Below are positions 62,493 through 64,000 of a stretch of 64,000 nucleotides of DNA, piece after piece; position 1 is the first letter of the stretch; the number at the start of each line of letters is the position of its first letter. This stretch comes from Obrimoposthia wandeli (lineage: Eukaryota). The notes under the pieces were generated by a model, which worked only from the letters and a program-made list of their open reading frames with translations, was not told the DNA's origin and searched no databases. The translations under genes and the position numbers were made by a program. The stretch lies in assembly GCA_977020255.1 (NCBI GenBank), contig CDROCS010000253.1, positions 3,038,001 through 3,102,000 on the forward strand, given 5' to 3'.

Positions 62493-63136
62493 AGTTCCAC
62501 CTCCGCAGGTGCTAGAATGCGGGTATTATGATCAACCGATAACTTAGGTAATCTAATATCAGTCACTTGCCAGCCACGATGGACCAACGTACCGTTAAAC
62601 GGTGCCTGTCCCATGACATTGCCGGTTAAACGAACCTGTGAGGCATCAAAACCAACCGGTAAACTAATGCGACTTTCTTCTTCTTCGTCACGTACGGCGG
62701 CAAAGCTAAAATAATCAGCCAGCACTTTATGACTACCACTGTGGATCACACGTGCTGCGGCACCAATTTCAGCATCGCCAAAACCAGATAAATCTTCTTG
62801 GACAAAATCAATAAAACGCGCTTCTTGTTGTAATAAGGCTAACAATTGTAATGCGGCGTCTGGCGTTGCTTCTTTTAATGTTTTCTCGACTTCCTTGATC
62901 ACTTCGACCGTTTTAATCACTTCAACTAGCTTTTCAACTTCTTTGATCACTTCAACCGTTTTGATGACTTCTACCGGTTTTTCAACTTCTATTTCCTTAG
63001 TTATTTCCTTTACCACCTCAACAGTTTTTTCACCGCCTTTAGTGATATAAAGAATAAAAAATATCAGGATGAAGACCATCAGCCCACCATGGCCCATATC
63101 GAGTGTGGTTGGTATCGCCATAAAATCAAAGTTCAT
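62489..63136 (-). CDS. Membrane-anchored DUF2760-like protein
   Basis: TM GLMVFILIFFILYI, repeat stalk, ALQLLALLQQEARFIDF, GTLVHRGW; 4-bp overlap with the Hsp70 start. Confidence 0.8.
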   Translation of the reverse strand: MNFDFMAIPTTLDMGHGGLMVFILIFFILYITKGGEKTVEVVKEITKEIEVEKPVEVIKTVEVIKEVEKLVEVIKTVEVIKEVEKTLKEATPDAALQLLALLQQEARFIDFVQEDLSGFGDAEIGAAARVIHSGSHKVLADYFSFAAVRDEEEESRISLPVGFDASQVRLTGNVMGQAPFNGTLVHRGWQVTDIRLPKLSVDHNTRILAPAEVEL

Positions 63137-63547
63137 TGGTGTCTCTCACTGTAAAAAAATAATAAATAAACACGGCATGTGCTCGTTAACACAGATAAAA
63201 GTGATGCTAAACAGCCAAACCGTAAATTTTGCTAATTCTATCATGTCCCGCCCTAAGTCGCTCAAATCTTGTAAAAAGTACGTGCTATATTGTGACTATT
63301 TAACAAATTATCTTAAGGATGCGAGTAATTAATCAGCAACTCACGTTTTAGGTGGCATGGTTTTCAATCAATAACCGTCTATCTTTAAAACAGCGATGAA
63401 ACATTCGAATAATAAAGCAGCTAAAAAACATAGAATTTATCTATTTTATAATGCTTGCTGGTTCTTTTAAGGTATGATTATCCCCTTTTTTGCACAAAAT
63501 AAATGTTGGCTAACCTGTCATCATTTGCACCGAGATACCGATTCTGT

Positions 63548-64000
63548 ATGCTTTACAACGATAATTTACCTGTTAGATATCCAAAGTCTAAATTCGCCAT
63601 GTGGACTGCCTATAGTTTCACCTCCGCATCTGTTTTAACGTCCATCTTCTTTTCATTATTATTGTTTTTATCCATTGATGACGATCCCGTCATGAGAACA
63701 TTATTTGGTGGGCTCGCTATTATTTTTGAATTAGGTAAGTTTTTTGCCTGGTATGAAGTGGGTGAACGTAAATCGCGCCGCAATTATTCAGGGGCTTTTT
63801 CTGCTTTTATTTTCTATGGGATTTTAGCTGCGATTTCAATTGGTGGCTCGGTCGGTGGCATTAACAGTGCGACCAATAAAGCCCAAAACCATGTCAATAT
63901 TCAGCAAAGCCAAATTAATGCTTTTAATCGTCAAATTACGGGGATTGACCAGCAAATTGCATTAAATAACCAAGGCGCACAAAAATATATTGAATTAGAG
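63548..64000 (+). CDS. Membrane protein with 3 TM segments and a coiled coil (partial, runs off the window)
   Basis: Open frame of 151 codons from ATG 63548: MLYNDNLPVRYPKSKFAMW...ELGKFFAW...QQSQINAFNRQITGIDQQI; not in the ORF track because it has no stop. Confidence 0.75.
   Translation, partial: MLYNDNLPVRYPKSKFAMWTAYSFTSASVLTSIFFSLLLFLSIDDDPVMRTLFGGLAIIFELGKFFAWYEVGERKSRRNYSGAFSAFIFYGILAAISIGGSVGGINSATNKAQNHVNIQQSQINAFNRQITGIDQQIALNNQGAQKYIELE

Noticed and set aside
50689-64000. Island integrated at tRNA-Asp
   Set aside because: No integrase and no downstream direct repeat of the tRNA 3' end seen in the window

Overview
AT-rich gammaproteobacterial chromosome segment. Gene order and repeat types suggest a Colwellia-like Alteromonadales member (inference). 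Core blocks: end of nusA, infB-rbfA-truB-rpsO-pnp-nlpI; a fused csdA-csdE next to tcdA; gltA divergent from sdhCDAB-sucAB-sucCD; hrpA, rlmI/acylphosphatase, cysK, dnaQ; a tandem array of 7 identical tRNA-Asp genes; two acyl-CoA dehydrogenases flanking a TetR gene. Accessory material: a patch of unrelated genes at about 25.7-36.2 kb (DUF2971-like, CPBP protease, EF-hand protein, large lipoprotein), many TA-ended ERIC-like miniature elements, two inverted structured repeats with CsrA-type hairpins, and an (AAAAATCC)x12 microsatellite. The best candidate for an undescribed system is the GC-richer minus-strand operon at 57.5-63.1 kb: a membrane-anchored DUF2760 protein with possible GrpE-like features plus two atypical Hsp70 ATPases with rebuilt substrate-binding ends and no J-domain partner in the window. 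No CRISPR array, integrase or transposase was found. Family names come from motif recognition by eye, not from database searches.
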